Source: a bacterium (lineage in GTDB: Bacteria > UBA10199 > 2-02-FULL-50-16 > JAJFLM01). From it: a stretch of DNA of 64,000 nucleotides. The translations under genes and the position numbers were made by a program. Below are positions 50,901-59,500 of this stretch, one piece after another; positions within the stretch are counted from its first letter, which is position 1; each line of letters starts with the position of its first letter. The notes under the pieces were generated by a model. That model worked only from the letters and a program-made list of their open reading frames with translations, was not told where the DNA came from and ran no database searches. Location of the stretch: assembly GCA_965216315.1 (NCBI GenBank), contig CBDCFN010000016.1, positions 1,760,001-1,824,000 on the forward strand. Direction: 5' to 3'.

Positions 50901-51210
50901 CTGTGAAAAAGTTTCAACGGTCCACATCACCGAAAAGGAAGGTCAGATGGTCGTAACTTTCGAAATCGCCGGCTTGGCTAATTCAGGCACGGTCACCGAA
51001 CAGCTCAGTGGGAAGACCATGGAAGTGGATGCCGCGCTCTATCAGCTGTGGCGCGCGATCGTCTCGGCCGAATCCCTCGACTACAATGGCCAGAAGATCA
51101 AGTTTAAATACGTCGAACTCCACCCCAGCAATCCGCATAACGGAGACGTAACCGAATTTGCCGGAGACGGTCCCAAGTCCTATCGCCTGCCGCTTGGAGA
51201 GATTCAATAG
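44947..51210 (+). CDS. Giant modular protein A (helical/TPR-like N-region, hydrophobic block, LAWNN module, C-terminal HD domain)
   Basis: 2087-aa ORF with SD GAGGAG; HD motifs H..H, HD (50401), H, H, RLADNLD. Confidence 0.85.
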   Translation: MGDHPKIEKQVQEILAGANNPPPAIHPRLLKEIPPEVIDDTHSVRITADGFELTPVNAEPMPPEMAACLQQPNQTARLDCLFSPSTYQTPDVDTCLAMPDPNASVNCLFGPGLSLFTPTSTSATTIATPVAPTEEASEVDKALHELATADTDEKRKFAAKKALAAAKKSPNAEVLAVPMVTAEIAAINGKYLEAAKQYAQLSASLQVLAATNKEIQPHVDTVEKRRRGVLAAGAAVAVAQIKYAESPEAGLRLQKQATDCADQLYLAEPTEKNLQLLLATYAQVGLDVREGRRRMAANDYRINALTLGTFDPKLDPTGESNPAPDNDPFNSKSILGPDINDIDHFGFKAERSKADTIAELQQTNKELKGIVDETEQHILSLIARAHPNDPFASNVQTATAHVVMGNNPAAMKNLQVARTLFKDKSVEHTPDNKVTYITLLHRMVDIAGTKTALKEEVLLEARQAIDEMIKSHPKVALTLRLENMELLGQVRVDKAARKLNDKSLSDDDRKKAVDNYHRALSRKHENILMYCKQVLPMTQDPEARKVLIGGIARADAGLLEAQLDRSMTIYLNGNEDLGKGYAQVDMDSFHRRMAELQQQNPTVDLSEALSRGMLAQAHFQFRTGQIEESVKNLRKIVNDHPKSTAANMVRSKGGWAHKYSIVTDKGEFNPNIGTESWTAGTKELLGKLNKKPGRAMLAATGGSIVGWGAGMIFAPEITGPLLIAGAVGGFLIDRTVLVAQEWSQISAAYNTGISTVSTEEAAREGGIFALQLFSMFVGGAAGGVAERAVLAGGTRLARSMAMRGITSSPWMRATGAFALREASYVANAYAFHETSNLTTQAIGTAVGLDIPQPDSSHNDDVISSWLFVRGFAKAMKMNLGAKFVPGESFGAKLAQGSINMGVGLGIVHTAKALREWDLRHLDPDTLARSAFDLLLMHHGNKALGSVIPMSGIEKMSKDLETMTKKNMRDAAAAVKFKQDTGLSLRQAVGLGSNPLAALLPVLMYGLPIVPGKGTSSRKAESKPEKKADPEATNPGHTEARNPGAREDTRTKAGRGTNPGVDTRKVANLDPTSFLAEQLRKNASTDSDQSKDTRSEEHLYVAAFIEYYNQPARIETLKALGQREGDVGRSARRFHDTLMDLHIDIAEYNRLAAENVDKKDPAVTEKMEKLWKHKILRMVNPRKNTRLGHDGNKFGAGELEQHDYNQIETAYANKQQALNSDLRGLFTVLAILEVKANAEANNSGKMPEMGYKVSYQRPEDLAHVNFDLNNLSESFSKLSAHELVQLNIRASSHEAAQRIVETFRNAGYEVVSHPGQKINYKVKVPYTHKIGGVEIQGTHTVGLRLAVEPAPLGAKTRLSPAETASHGFELAWNNKNFWSETAIPVLHNGKVIIFKMRPGLPEPTGKFTTLASEINETITDPVAKERLLNMVTALHGLHERLPQGANKTKIETAIDESRTALLKNGARTESLAAVWLTLGTALAASAPKLPHVARHSTEMRVDLHLPKTDYDHHVAQNSWKYTLPVLQRMPKRVRQYIELATAPYYVDGMSEPIVPDAQKTIDLVTHIGVEKFDSILKAVKNNEPARANIDTLLNYALDTTNSERNAHVKDFINKASIHQILLLVTYPGKKNVVAQIAEKGYVDILSGDPATHVPRIEKMTDTALRDVLLALTAQRMFQQHKDNPKATTPEGMALLLNFGIEPDTHFRFPWNAVDVIDRSKLYFRIKTERRAFRKQLGKAIEGKETELDALTDKIWELILIQDYKDTHLPYTPHGWKHTLDVVKEQRKIYNGSPELQKALIGQFGSEAKALAVLDIVAMMHDVGYGALKPGESKGIHAIRSGELWKAQIADHAKKTLDLNDKQIEDIFLAIQRHGADKKGKGGYMEANLDNPLLFVIRLADNLDSSKSRLRNIQTHPLFIEGMKEMREFANENPDVVNNKKEMKAALQKIRLSYERKFETNMNPNDAKLAKELLDRMDHLSWPHFKGCEKVSTVHITEKEGQMVVTFEIAGLANSGTVTEQLSGKTMEVDAALYQLWRAIVSAESLDYNGQKIKFKYVELHPSNPHNGDVTEFAGDGPKSYRLPLGEIQ

Positions 51211-51367
51211 CGACGACACAGCGCGTTAAATTCGAGGTGGACAGAAGTCTCCAGCAGTGGGGCCTTTGCTTACTAATATTATGTTTTTTTAAATTGAGTA
51301 AACAAAGGATTTTAATATTTATGTAATAAATTCATCTATTTATATAAATAATACTGTATACTTATAT

Positions 51368-51383
51368 TGGCATATACATTGCA
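51368..51383 (+). promoter_or_regulatory. Sigma-54 -24/-12 promoter of giant gene B
   Basis: TGGCAT-ATACA-TTGCA after an AT-rich block. Confidence 0.8.
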
Positions 51384-51473
51384 TCTGTAAACAGTAGAGG
51401 CGGGGTGCGTCCGTCCTGGAAATTGTCATGAACACCACGGAAACAAAGACAACCAGTAGAGGGGGTAATTGCC

Positions 51474-54400
51474 ATGGCACCGCCTAGCGCCCTGGTCGCC
51501 CTGTTCGGCCCCCTCGCCCCGGTCCTTTTCACCACAGAAACGGCCGAAACCACCGCCGCCACGGATCCGATTGCCAAGGATTCGTCTTTCTTGGATCGAT
51601 ACCTTGAGGCAGCTAAATCCAAGCTTCTCATCGATCAGGCCCTCGGAACGCCCGGCAATACGTTCAGCCTGACGATTAAAAAATACAAAAATGACGGTTT
51701 CGCATACGACCAAGAAGCCGCGACTTTTTATGTCAACGAGGCCCAACACGCAGCCATGCAGGAGGATTTCAAATTAGCACGCCGCTATCTGCGCAAGGCT
51801 GAATCGCACAATAGCGGATTGATTGATAAAATGGTCTTGGGCGGCCTCATGAAAGACAGCGTTATTATGGGCGGTCTCTTCGAAAACAAACAAAAAGAGC
51901 TTGTCGCCGGCTGGATCAATACCGCCAAACAAAATATCCAAACCCTTGAACGTGAGTATTGCAAAGACCTGATCGATGAAGGCCGGAGTCACTTCCAGTC
52001 CGGCGATTATGCTAAGGCGCGCTCGGTATATACTGAGTCTATCGAACACGATTCACGTAATCTGGAGACACGCAAGCTCCGCATCGAAGCCAATCAGAAA
52101 TTACTCGCAGCGGATGAAGACGATCAAACGGCCAAGCTCGAGCTGGAACAGGATATGGCAATGGTCCAGGCCCTTGAGTTCGATACGGCCGCGGCCAGCA
52201 TCGACAAGATCGGCAAGGATTTAGCAAAGTTTCATGATGCCGACCTAAAAACGAAACAAGAAATGATCAGCGGTCTGGAAGCCATGGCGCAGCAGTATTC
52301 GATGCTGGGCACGGTCCAATTCGATAATAAGTCGGATACGAAGTTCGTTCGTAAAAAGTTAAGCGACTTGAGCGCCAAGACCTATCGCATACTCGAGGAC
52401 TTCAGCCAAGCCGACAAGGATCCGGCCATCAACGGCCTGGCCAAAACCTACCGTGGCCGGCGCTATCTCGCCAAAGGCAAGATCGATAAGGCGCTCAAAG
52501 TTTTTAAAGAACATCGCAGTGACAATATGGCGGCTGCCGGCTTCACCGACGAAGCGGCTTACACCGCTCACCTCGACAAGGCCGCGAGTGACGTCGAGGA
52601 GCTCTTCAAGGCCGGCAAAGCGGAAGAAGCGCAGAAGCTAATCGAGACGCTGCCGAATGCCGTCTTTGCCACCCATGGTATCATCAAACAGATCGAGACC
52701 GACAAATTGCGCCGATTAAACGTCTACGCCTTGGAGGCATGGCGTTCCTTCATCATCGAAGGGGAAGCTGTTGAATTCGACCAAGCCAAGGGTTGGGTCG
52801 CTTCTTTTGTCATGTTCGGAGAAACACTCGCCGGTAGCGAAACAATTGACGACCGTCTCGCGAAACGCTGGGGACTGGAAAAAGACCTTCACAGCGCCGT
52901 TACGAAAAAAATTGCCGACGGCGAATGCAATACAGTTAAAGAAGCACTTCTAGATATCAAAGCGAATGGGCCAGAAAAATTTCATGCCCGTTCTAAAGAA
53001 TTGCTCGACAATGAATTTCAGCATAGCAACGATGCCAGTTTTGTCCTCCCGCACATCATTGGCTATGCCTCGGCACTAAACTACGATGAAACGGCACCCA
53101 GCATTCTCGGCAACGTACGGCCGTCACAGTATCTGATGGACGAGGCCGCCCGTATCAATGACCAATTCATGGTCCCGAATACCCCGGGGGCCATCTATGC
53201 CATGATCCAGGCCAGTAACACCGATGAGTCCACCAAAGACGCTGCCGGTGATGCAATCGAAAAGCTGGACGACGCCAAGGGATTTAGTGATTCACTCGTC
53301 GCCTTCTGGCACTCGGAAAGCCTGACGAGTTTGGCCCTTGACATAGTAACCTTTAAAGCCGCAGCGCGCGTTGGCGCCAACGTATTTCTGAATACCGAAA
53401 AAGCGCTGCGAGCCGGCGGCTACAGTGCCCGGGCCACAATGTATCTGTCGGAGGGAGCCGGTCTCGTGGCGGAAAATACGATTCTCACGCCTGGCATGCT
53501 GGTCAAAGCCGGGGCTTTTACCGATACCCGCCGCGTCTATTCGCCGTCGCACATGGCCAAAGAATACGGCGCCAATCTCGTCATGTTATTTTGTACCAAG
53601 GGACTCGCTTCACGCGGAGCCGCGATGCTTCCGCGCGTCGCCCGCGCGGCCGGCTGGGTCGTTGAGGGAACAACGGAACTCAGCCGCTTTGGGAAACTGT
53701 TTACCTGGGCCGGGGGACACGCGATCGGCTTTCGCGGCATGCTCGCTTCCAGTGTGGCCAACCACTACCTCGGCCTGCGCCAGATGGCCTCCGACAACTT
53801 CGGTGGCGTCATCGCCGCGGAAATGTACAACTATGTTAAGTTTGCTGCGGCTCAACGCGCGATTGGATCCAAGGGTTCAAAAATCGAGCATCAAGTCGCG
53901 AGCCGGAAGGCCTCCCTTGAATCCCAGATGGCGGTTGAAAAGCTGGGCTACAAAGTCGTTGAGTATACGCCGCAAGGCGAAGCCGTCTTCAACGATGCGA
54001 CGGCTCAAAAACTTTATCATCAGTTCGCCTACAACCTGATTCAAAAGCCGGGCTTCAGCCCGGATAAGATGGCCAAGCTGGCACTCGAAGCTACCAAATC
54101 CGGCAACTATGCAAAGTTCAATAAATACTGCCAACGTTATGGACTCAGGGCCAAGGTCAACGAAAGCGCTCCCGACAAACCTGTCGAATCGCTCGAGCAA
54201 CCAACCTTTCATGAGCAATTAACGGCCAAGGACGAGGCAGCCCGACCGCTTCCTTTGCCGGAAGCAACGCGACAGTTTCTCGAAGCGGTCAAGGATAACC
54301 AAAACATCACCGTCCTCGACATCGCGGCAGATGGAAAAGTCACATACAAGACCCGGAGTTATTTGCTCCCTGATGTCTATACGGATACTGTTTCCACTTA

Positions 54401-55697
54401 TCTTCCCGGCATCGGTGAAGCGCAAGGTTATGCACCGGGATCGCTGCCGGCAGGTGCCCGTGTTGTAATGCCGGAGAAAAGCACTAATCCGCAGCTACCG
54501 CCGCAAGTTTTAAGACAGGCAAGACCCACCGAGACAAAAAACAAGGCCCCGGAAGGTACGATCGTCATGGATAAGCCCGGTAATGTAACGAATGAAGGAA
54601 CGGTTGTCATGGATAAGCCCGGCAACGTCACCAATAAGGGAACTGTTATCATAGACACGCCTGGCAAAGCGGCACTTGAAGCGGCGGGAGCAACACGTGT
54701 CGAAAAAGGACCCAACACGACCCAGCATGTGGATATCAGTCGCGAGACGACCCAACTGCATCATGCGCGCTATCGCCTCGCGCTGCTCGAAATAGAGAAC
54801 AGTTCCGTCGAACATGCGCCCTACTTTCTGCGCAAGGCCTTGCAGGATCTCGGACTCATGGCCGCCCAATCAACTCTCCCTGGTTCCACTAAGGCGCCCA
54901 TCACAATGAATTTAGTCCGCGCCATGAAAGGCGGGACCGAATATGTCGTCGGCGTCAATATCGGCCTGCCCAAGAACAATCGAGGGGCCAAAGCCGAGAT
55001 CTTGAGTACTCTCAAAAAGCATAATATCAACTACGACGCCGAATCCGGCACGATTGAAGTGCCGTTGACGGTCAGAGAAGTAGGAACGTCGGGCCCTATC
55101 AAAATAACCATCCCCTTTGAATTCGGCACCGATCACTATTCACAACCGGCCGCCCCACTCAGTCCGGTCGTCGCCGCCGCACTTGGCTATAAGTTGGCCT
55201 GGAATAATTCTCGTTATTGGACGGATACAAATCCGGCACTCGTCAGAATTCCGATTCTCGATGGCCAGAATATTTCCGTCTTTCAATTCAAGCCTGATTC
55301 GATCGAGATGAGAGGTCCCTTTAAGTCCTTGTCGGATAACGTCCGGAGCCAGGTCACCAACCAGGAAGCACAGACACGCACTGTCAACATGGTACAGGCC
55401 CTTCAGGCAGTCCATGAAAGCTTGCCCGCCGGTGACGGAAGGCGTCCCGTTATTCTGCGCACGGTTGCGGAACTCAATCGTTATCTAAGTGACAGTGGTT
55501 CAAGCGGTGTCAGCCTCTCTTATCTGTGGTCACGGATCAGTTACGGCATGCGCAAAGGAATGACCTTTAATCCGCATTTTCAAGGGCTTGCGGCACTGAA
55601 GCAATCGATTCGGACGGGCACTGAGCAGTCGGCCAAAGGACAGGAACTTCGCTATCAAAATGCCCCGGAAGACGCCAAGAAAGCCGTTGGTCAATAA
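51474..55697 (+). CDS. Giant modular protein B (TPR N-region, hydrophobic block, Thr repeats, LAWNN module)
   Basis: 1407-aa ORF with SD GAGGGGG; N-region paralogous to C and C-terminal module paralogous to A. Confidence 0.85.
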   Translation: MAPPSALVALFGPLAPVLFTTETAETTAATDPIAKDSSFLDRYLEAAKSKLLIDQALGTPGNTFSLTIKKYKNDGFAYDQEAATFYVNEAQHAAMQEDFKLARRYLRKAESHNSGLIDKMVLGGLMKDSVIMGGLFENKQKELVAGWINTAKQNIQTLEREYCKDLIDEGRSHFQSGDYAKARSVYTESIEHDSRNLETRKLRIEANQKLLAADEDDQTAKLELEQDMAMVQALEFDTAAASIDKIGKDLAKFHDADLKTKQEMISGLEAMAQQYSMLGTVQFDNKSDTKFVRKKLSDLSAKTYRILEDFSQADKDPAINGLAKTYRGRRYLAKGKIDKALKVFKEHRSDNMAAAGFTDEAAYTAHLDKAASDVEELFKAGKAEEAQKLIETLPNAVFATHGIIKQIETDKLRRLNVYALEAWRSFIIEGEAVEFDQAKGWVASFVMFGETLAGSETIDDRLAKRWGLEKDLHSAVTKKIADGECNTVKEALLDIKANGPEKFHARSKELLDNEFQHSNDASFVLPHIIGYASALNYDETAPSILGNVRPSQYLMDEAARINDQFMVPNTPGAIYAMIQASNTDESTKDAAGDAIEKLDDAKGFSDSLVAFWHSESLTSLALDIVTFKAAARVGANVFLNTEKALRAGGYSARATMYLSEGAGLVAENTILTPGMLVKAGAFTDTRRVYSPSHMAKEYGANLVMLFCTKGLASRGAAMLPRVARAAGWVVEGTTELSRFGKLFTWAGGHAIGFRGMLASSVANHYLGLRQMASDNFGGVIAAEMYNYVKFAAAQRAIGSKGSKIEHQVASRKASLESQMAVEKLGYKVVEYTPQGEAVFNDATAQKLYHQFAYNLIQKPGFSPDKMAKLALEATKSGNYAKFNKYCQRYGLRAKVNESAPDKPVESLEQPTFHEQLTAKDEAARPLPLPEATRQFLEAVKDNQNITVLDIAADGKVTYKTRSYLLPDVYTDTVSTYLPGIGEAQGYAPGSLPAGARVVMPEKSTNPQLPPQVLRQARPTETKNKAPEGTIVMDKPGNVTNEGTVVMDKPGNVTNKGTVIIDTPGKAALEAAGATRVEKGPNTTQHVDISRETTQLHHARYRLALLEIENSSVEHAPYFLRKALQDLGLMAAQSTLPGSTKAPITMNLVRAMKGGTEYVVGVNIGLPKNNRGAKAEILSTLKKHNINYDAESGTIEVPLTVREVGTSGPIKITIPFEFGTDHYSQPAAPLSPVVAAALGYKLAWNNSRYWTDTNPALVRIPILDGQNISVFQFKPDSIEMRGPFKSLSDNVRSQVTNQEAQTRTVNMVQALQAVHESLPAGDGRRPVILRTVAELNRYLSDSGSSGVSLSYLWSRISYGMRKGMTFNPHFQGLAALKQSIRTGTEQSAKGQELRYQNAPEDAKKAVGQ
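54552..54665 (+). repeat. Intragenic 42-bp (14-aa) tandem repeat, about 2.7 units
   Basis: EGTIVMDKPGNVTN / EGTVVMDKPGNVTN / KGTVIIDTPG. Confidence 0.9.
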
Positions 55698-56323
55698 GAA
55701 GTAAATAGCGCCCGCAACCGCGCTATAAAATTAGGCTCGACCGCCTCAAGCAGCTCCGTATCTAAGGCCTGTGCGGCCATGATTGACAGGCTAACAACCC
55801 GCGACCGCGTCTCCGACCGCAATTGCGTCACACTCAACTGATTCACAATCATCGTGGCCAGTCTCATCGTCTCCCGATACGCATCCCCCTCTTTTGTTCC
55901 TGAATCATCTAAACGCGTCTGATGAAACTGTAACCCACGGACTTGTGATTGCAATTCACTTATACGCTGAGTTAATTGCTGTCGTGTCCTAAAATCTAAT
56001 TGGGGGACCTGTGCGGCAGCAAAGAGAGTAGCAATCTGTTCAAGAACATCGGGAAGATCCGTCAACAAGGCGGTCGCATGCGCTACCGCACCATGATCCT
56101 GATTGATAACAATGATGGGATCGCTATGCAACTGGACGACAGGCGCTAAAGCCAGTGACTTGGCACTTGATGACGGCGTGCTTTGCTGCGATTTGATTGG
56201 CCGCGCGGGAAGACTCTCCTGAGATCCGCTGGGATAAACGCCCGTTCCGTGAGGTGGCGTGTTCGAGGCTGCCAGTAAAGTTGGTAGCATTCCCAGATTG
56301 ATCGAAAAGGCGCCTGTTAGCAT
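55691..56323 (-). CDS. Hypothetical helical protein, convergent with B and divergent from C
   Basis: 210-aa ORF filling the gap; preceded by GCAAC-N15-GCCGAT (56335-56360). Confidence 0.6.
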   Translation of the reverse strand: MLTGAFSINLGMLPTLLAASNTPPHGTGVYPSGSQESLPARPIKSQQSTPSSSAKSLALAPVVQLHSDPIIVINQDHGAVAHATALLTDLPDVLEQIATLFAAAQVPQLDFRTRQQLTQRISELQSQVRGLQFHQTRLDDSGTKEGDAYRETMRLATMIVNQLSVTQLRSETRSRVVSLSIMAAQALDTELLEAVEPNFIARLRALFTSY

Positions 56324-56521
56324 CGTGCCGCTAAATCGGCGCTCCGACTCCGAAAGTTGCGGTCCGTCGCCGCGGACGCCATTAAAAAGAGCTTACTTGT
56401 GTATACAGCGACAAGCAAATCTCACAAGTTGTGCTGACATTGAGCGCGCAAGTTGTGCGCTCACGCATCAGGCCTTTTCATTTAATTAAATGATTTTAAT
56501 AAGTTAAAGGCTCCCTCCTCT

Positions 56522-56537
56522 TGGCACGACCGTTGCA
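56522..56537 (+). promoter_or_regulatory. Sigma-54 -24/-12 promoter of giant gene C
   Basis: TGGCAC-GACCG-TTGCA, a perfect consensus match; AT-rich IHF-like segment upstream. Confidence 0.85.
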
Positions 56538-56562
56538 ATTGTATTGGGCACGAGGAGTGACC

Positions 56563-59500
56563 ATGACGATCGGACTTTTATTAACCCAACTTCCCGGCCT
56601 TTTAGCAAGCATCGGCAGCGGCTCTCGCCTTGATAACGCTGACTCCCCGGACAGCGCTCAGGCGGGAGCCCCTGCCCCCTTGCCCTACGCCGCGCCGCCG
56701 CCGGCAAAAAAAACGCCGTCTGCTCATACTTCGGTTTTCGGTCCCCTCCCGACCGATCTTAGCGACCCAAGCGACACCCATATCATCGCGGGCCGTAAAG
56801 CCTACACCAGCGGGGACTACGAAAAAGCCCACGCCGCTTACTCCAAGCGCATTCAACTCAAGTCACGTGACGTACTGGCCCGCCGTCTACGCATCGAGAC
56901 GAGTCAAAAATTACTGAGTAAAAATAAAAAGAAATTTAATCCGAGTCAGGCAACAGATGCGGAGAAAAAATCATTCCAAGACAAACAGCAACAACTACAG
57001 CGATGCATTCTTGCCGATTCGGCCATGGTCATGGCCATCGAAACCCCTCATGCAAAAAAGAAGCTTAAAGCGATGACCGCGCAACTCAAGAAGGCCCATG
57101 ACCTTCCCACTCCACAAAAGAAGCAAATTATTAAAGCCATCGAAGGGATGGCCCAAGAGTACCTGCTTCTCGGCTCGGTTCCCTATTCAAACGGACAGGA
57201 TGCCGCGTTCGTACGCAAACAACTCAGCGATCTTGCTAGTGATTGTTTTACAGTCCTGCGTGATTTTTGCACAGCTGATTCTGATACCAAAATTCAGGCT
57301 CGTGGAAAGTTGTACGACGGCTACAAATCCCTTGCCGAAGGAAAAGTCAAAGACGCCGTCACTCAATTTAAAAAGATCCAGCAGACGGCATTCAATACGT
57401 TTAATGTCTCTACCCATGAAGAATTAGCAAAATATATTGAAGATATTAAAAAAGATATTCGCGCTGCCGAAGCCAATGGCAAGCCAAAGGAAGCCCAGGA
57501 ACTTCGTAACCTCATCCCCGTAGGGGCCATTGAAGCGAGCACTATCGTTAATCGCATTGAAACGAAGCGACTTATGCAAATAAACCTCCATGCCCTCGAC
57601 GCCTGGAAGTCCTATATCGAAGAAGGCTCTGCGGTCGAAGCCAATGAAACCAACGGTTGGATCGGTCAAGGCATTCAATTTATCCAACTCGTCGGTCAAG
57701 ATCTCGGTATTAGCAAGGGAACAATTCAAGATAACCAAGCCAAGTACTGGAACCGTGAGAAACGCCTCGTCGGCACGATTCAAAAAATGCTCGTGCGCGG
57801 CGATTGCACGACAATCCAGGCGGCCTTACAAAAGATCCAGAGCAACGGTCCAGCAGAGTTCAAACCGCGTGCGACTCAATTACTCAGAGAGCAGCACCAA
57901 AATACGGTCCCGGGTGTCCGTCCCGATGCCGGCTATGCCTTGCCCCATCTTATTTCCTATACGTCAACACTGACGCCAACACCGGCGATGGCACAAAAGC
58001 TGGTTGAGGACACGATACGTTTTGACACCCAGCACATGGCCGTCAAAACGCCCGCTCATATTTTCTCGCTCGTCGCAGCAACAACTCAGGATACCGATTC
58101 TAAAAAGCTGGCCCGGCAACGCTTTGATCTCCTGCAGAAAGAAAAAGGGGTGGGTGACGTCATCGGCAGCATCATCGCCTCCGAATCGGGTCCCATGTTG
58201 GCATTTGACATTCTAACCTTTCGGGCTGCCGGCAAGGTCGGACTCAAAGCGACCGCCCGCGCCGGCACCGTACTTGGTAAAGCGGGTATTAAAGGCCGAC
58301 GCGGTGTCGTCCTCAGTCGTGCTGCCGGAATCAGCGCTGAGTCGGCGGCATTCTGGGGCATCGGCGCCGCCCGCGAAGGCGCACTTCACAATACGAGTCA
58401 GGTTTATACCGCCGAACATCTCGCCAAAAATTTCGGCGCGGACCTGATCATGATGACCTTTCTTAAAGGCGTGGTTCCCGGACTCAACCAACTCAGCTAC
58501 CGTGGAGTACGTGTGCTCGGGATGACGACCAGGGGCGGACTCGAACTGACTCGTGCCGGCAAAATATTGGCATGGGCCAGCGGTCACACGGCCGGAGTCG
58601 GCGGTATGTTCGCAGCCGGTCAAACCAGCGATTATTTGGGCCTCCGTGCCGCCCCCGCGGAAAGCTGGAGGGCGTCACTCGCCGTGGACGTCTATCAATA
58701 TATTAAATTCGCCGTCGCGCAAAAAGCCCTGACCGGTAAAAGTGCCGCTGCCGATCGCAAACTGCAGACGAAAATCGCACTTCAGGAATCATCGATGATG
58801 AGCGAGCAGGCCCTCGCCTCGCTCGGATATAAAGCTGCTTCTCGAGGGGAATTTGGGCAACCGCAGTACACTGATCCGGCCATCCAAAACCTTCATGGCA
58901 AGCTCGTTCGCTATTCCATCCAGGCTCAGGGCTTTAGTCCGGCGAAGCTCGCTCGCTACATCAAGCGGGGCCAACACTTGCAAGCGCAACGTTATGCGAA
59001 CGATTTTGGGCTTATTACCGAATGGAGCCGCACGGGCAAGACAAAGCAAATGACTGGCATTCGTGCCATGGAACTCCATGAAATTTTAGCGAAACGGGAT
59101 GCGCAGCAGCAGAAGAGTCCCATGCGCCAATTTATCGACGAGACACAAAAAATGCGGCGCGTGGCGGGCACGGCAGGATCCGTCCTCATTGCACTTCCTG
59201 CTACACCGGCCACAGAGCTCCCTTCAGGCAAAGCCAATGCAACGGAACCGCCTGCAAAGCGTTTTCAGCCCCCGAAAATCCCTCAAGCCAAGCCAACCAA
59301 GACAAAGGCCTCCTTCACTCCAGGATCGGAAGCCTTCGGCTCCGATGCCTTGCGATTCCTCGCGGAACGCGGCGGACTCAGCTTTATGGCCAATAGTCCG
59401 AAGGCCATTGTGGATTTCTTACGCAGCACCTATGGAGAGGCGCGCTTTCAACGGATTGAGTTCCTTTTTTCCGATAGTTCGCTCTCAAGAGCTCGCATCA

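Noticed and set aside
54552..54665. 42-bp repeats as a CRISPR array
   Set aside because: In-frame coding repeats with synonymous variation, no spacers and no cas genes.
56521..56562. TTG start of ORF C given by the ORF track
   Set aside because: It coincides with the sigma-54 -24 element; ATG 56563 has a proper SD.
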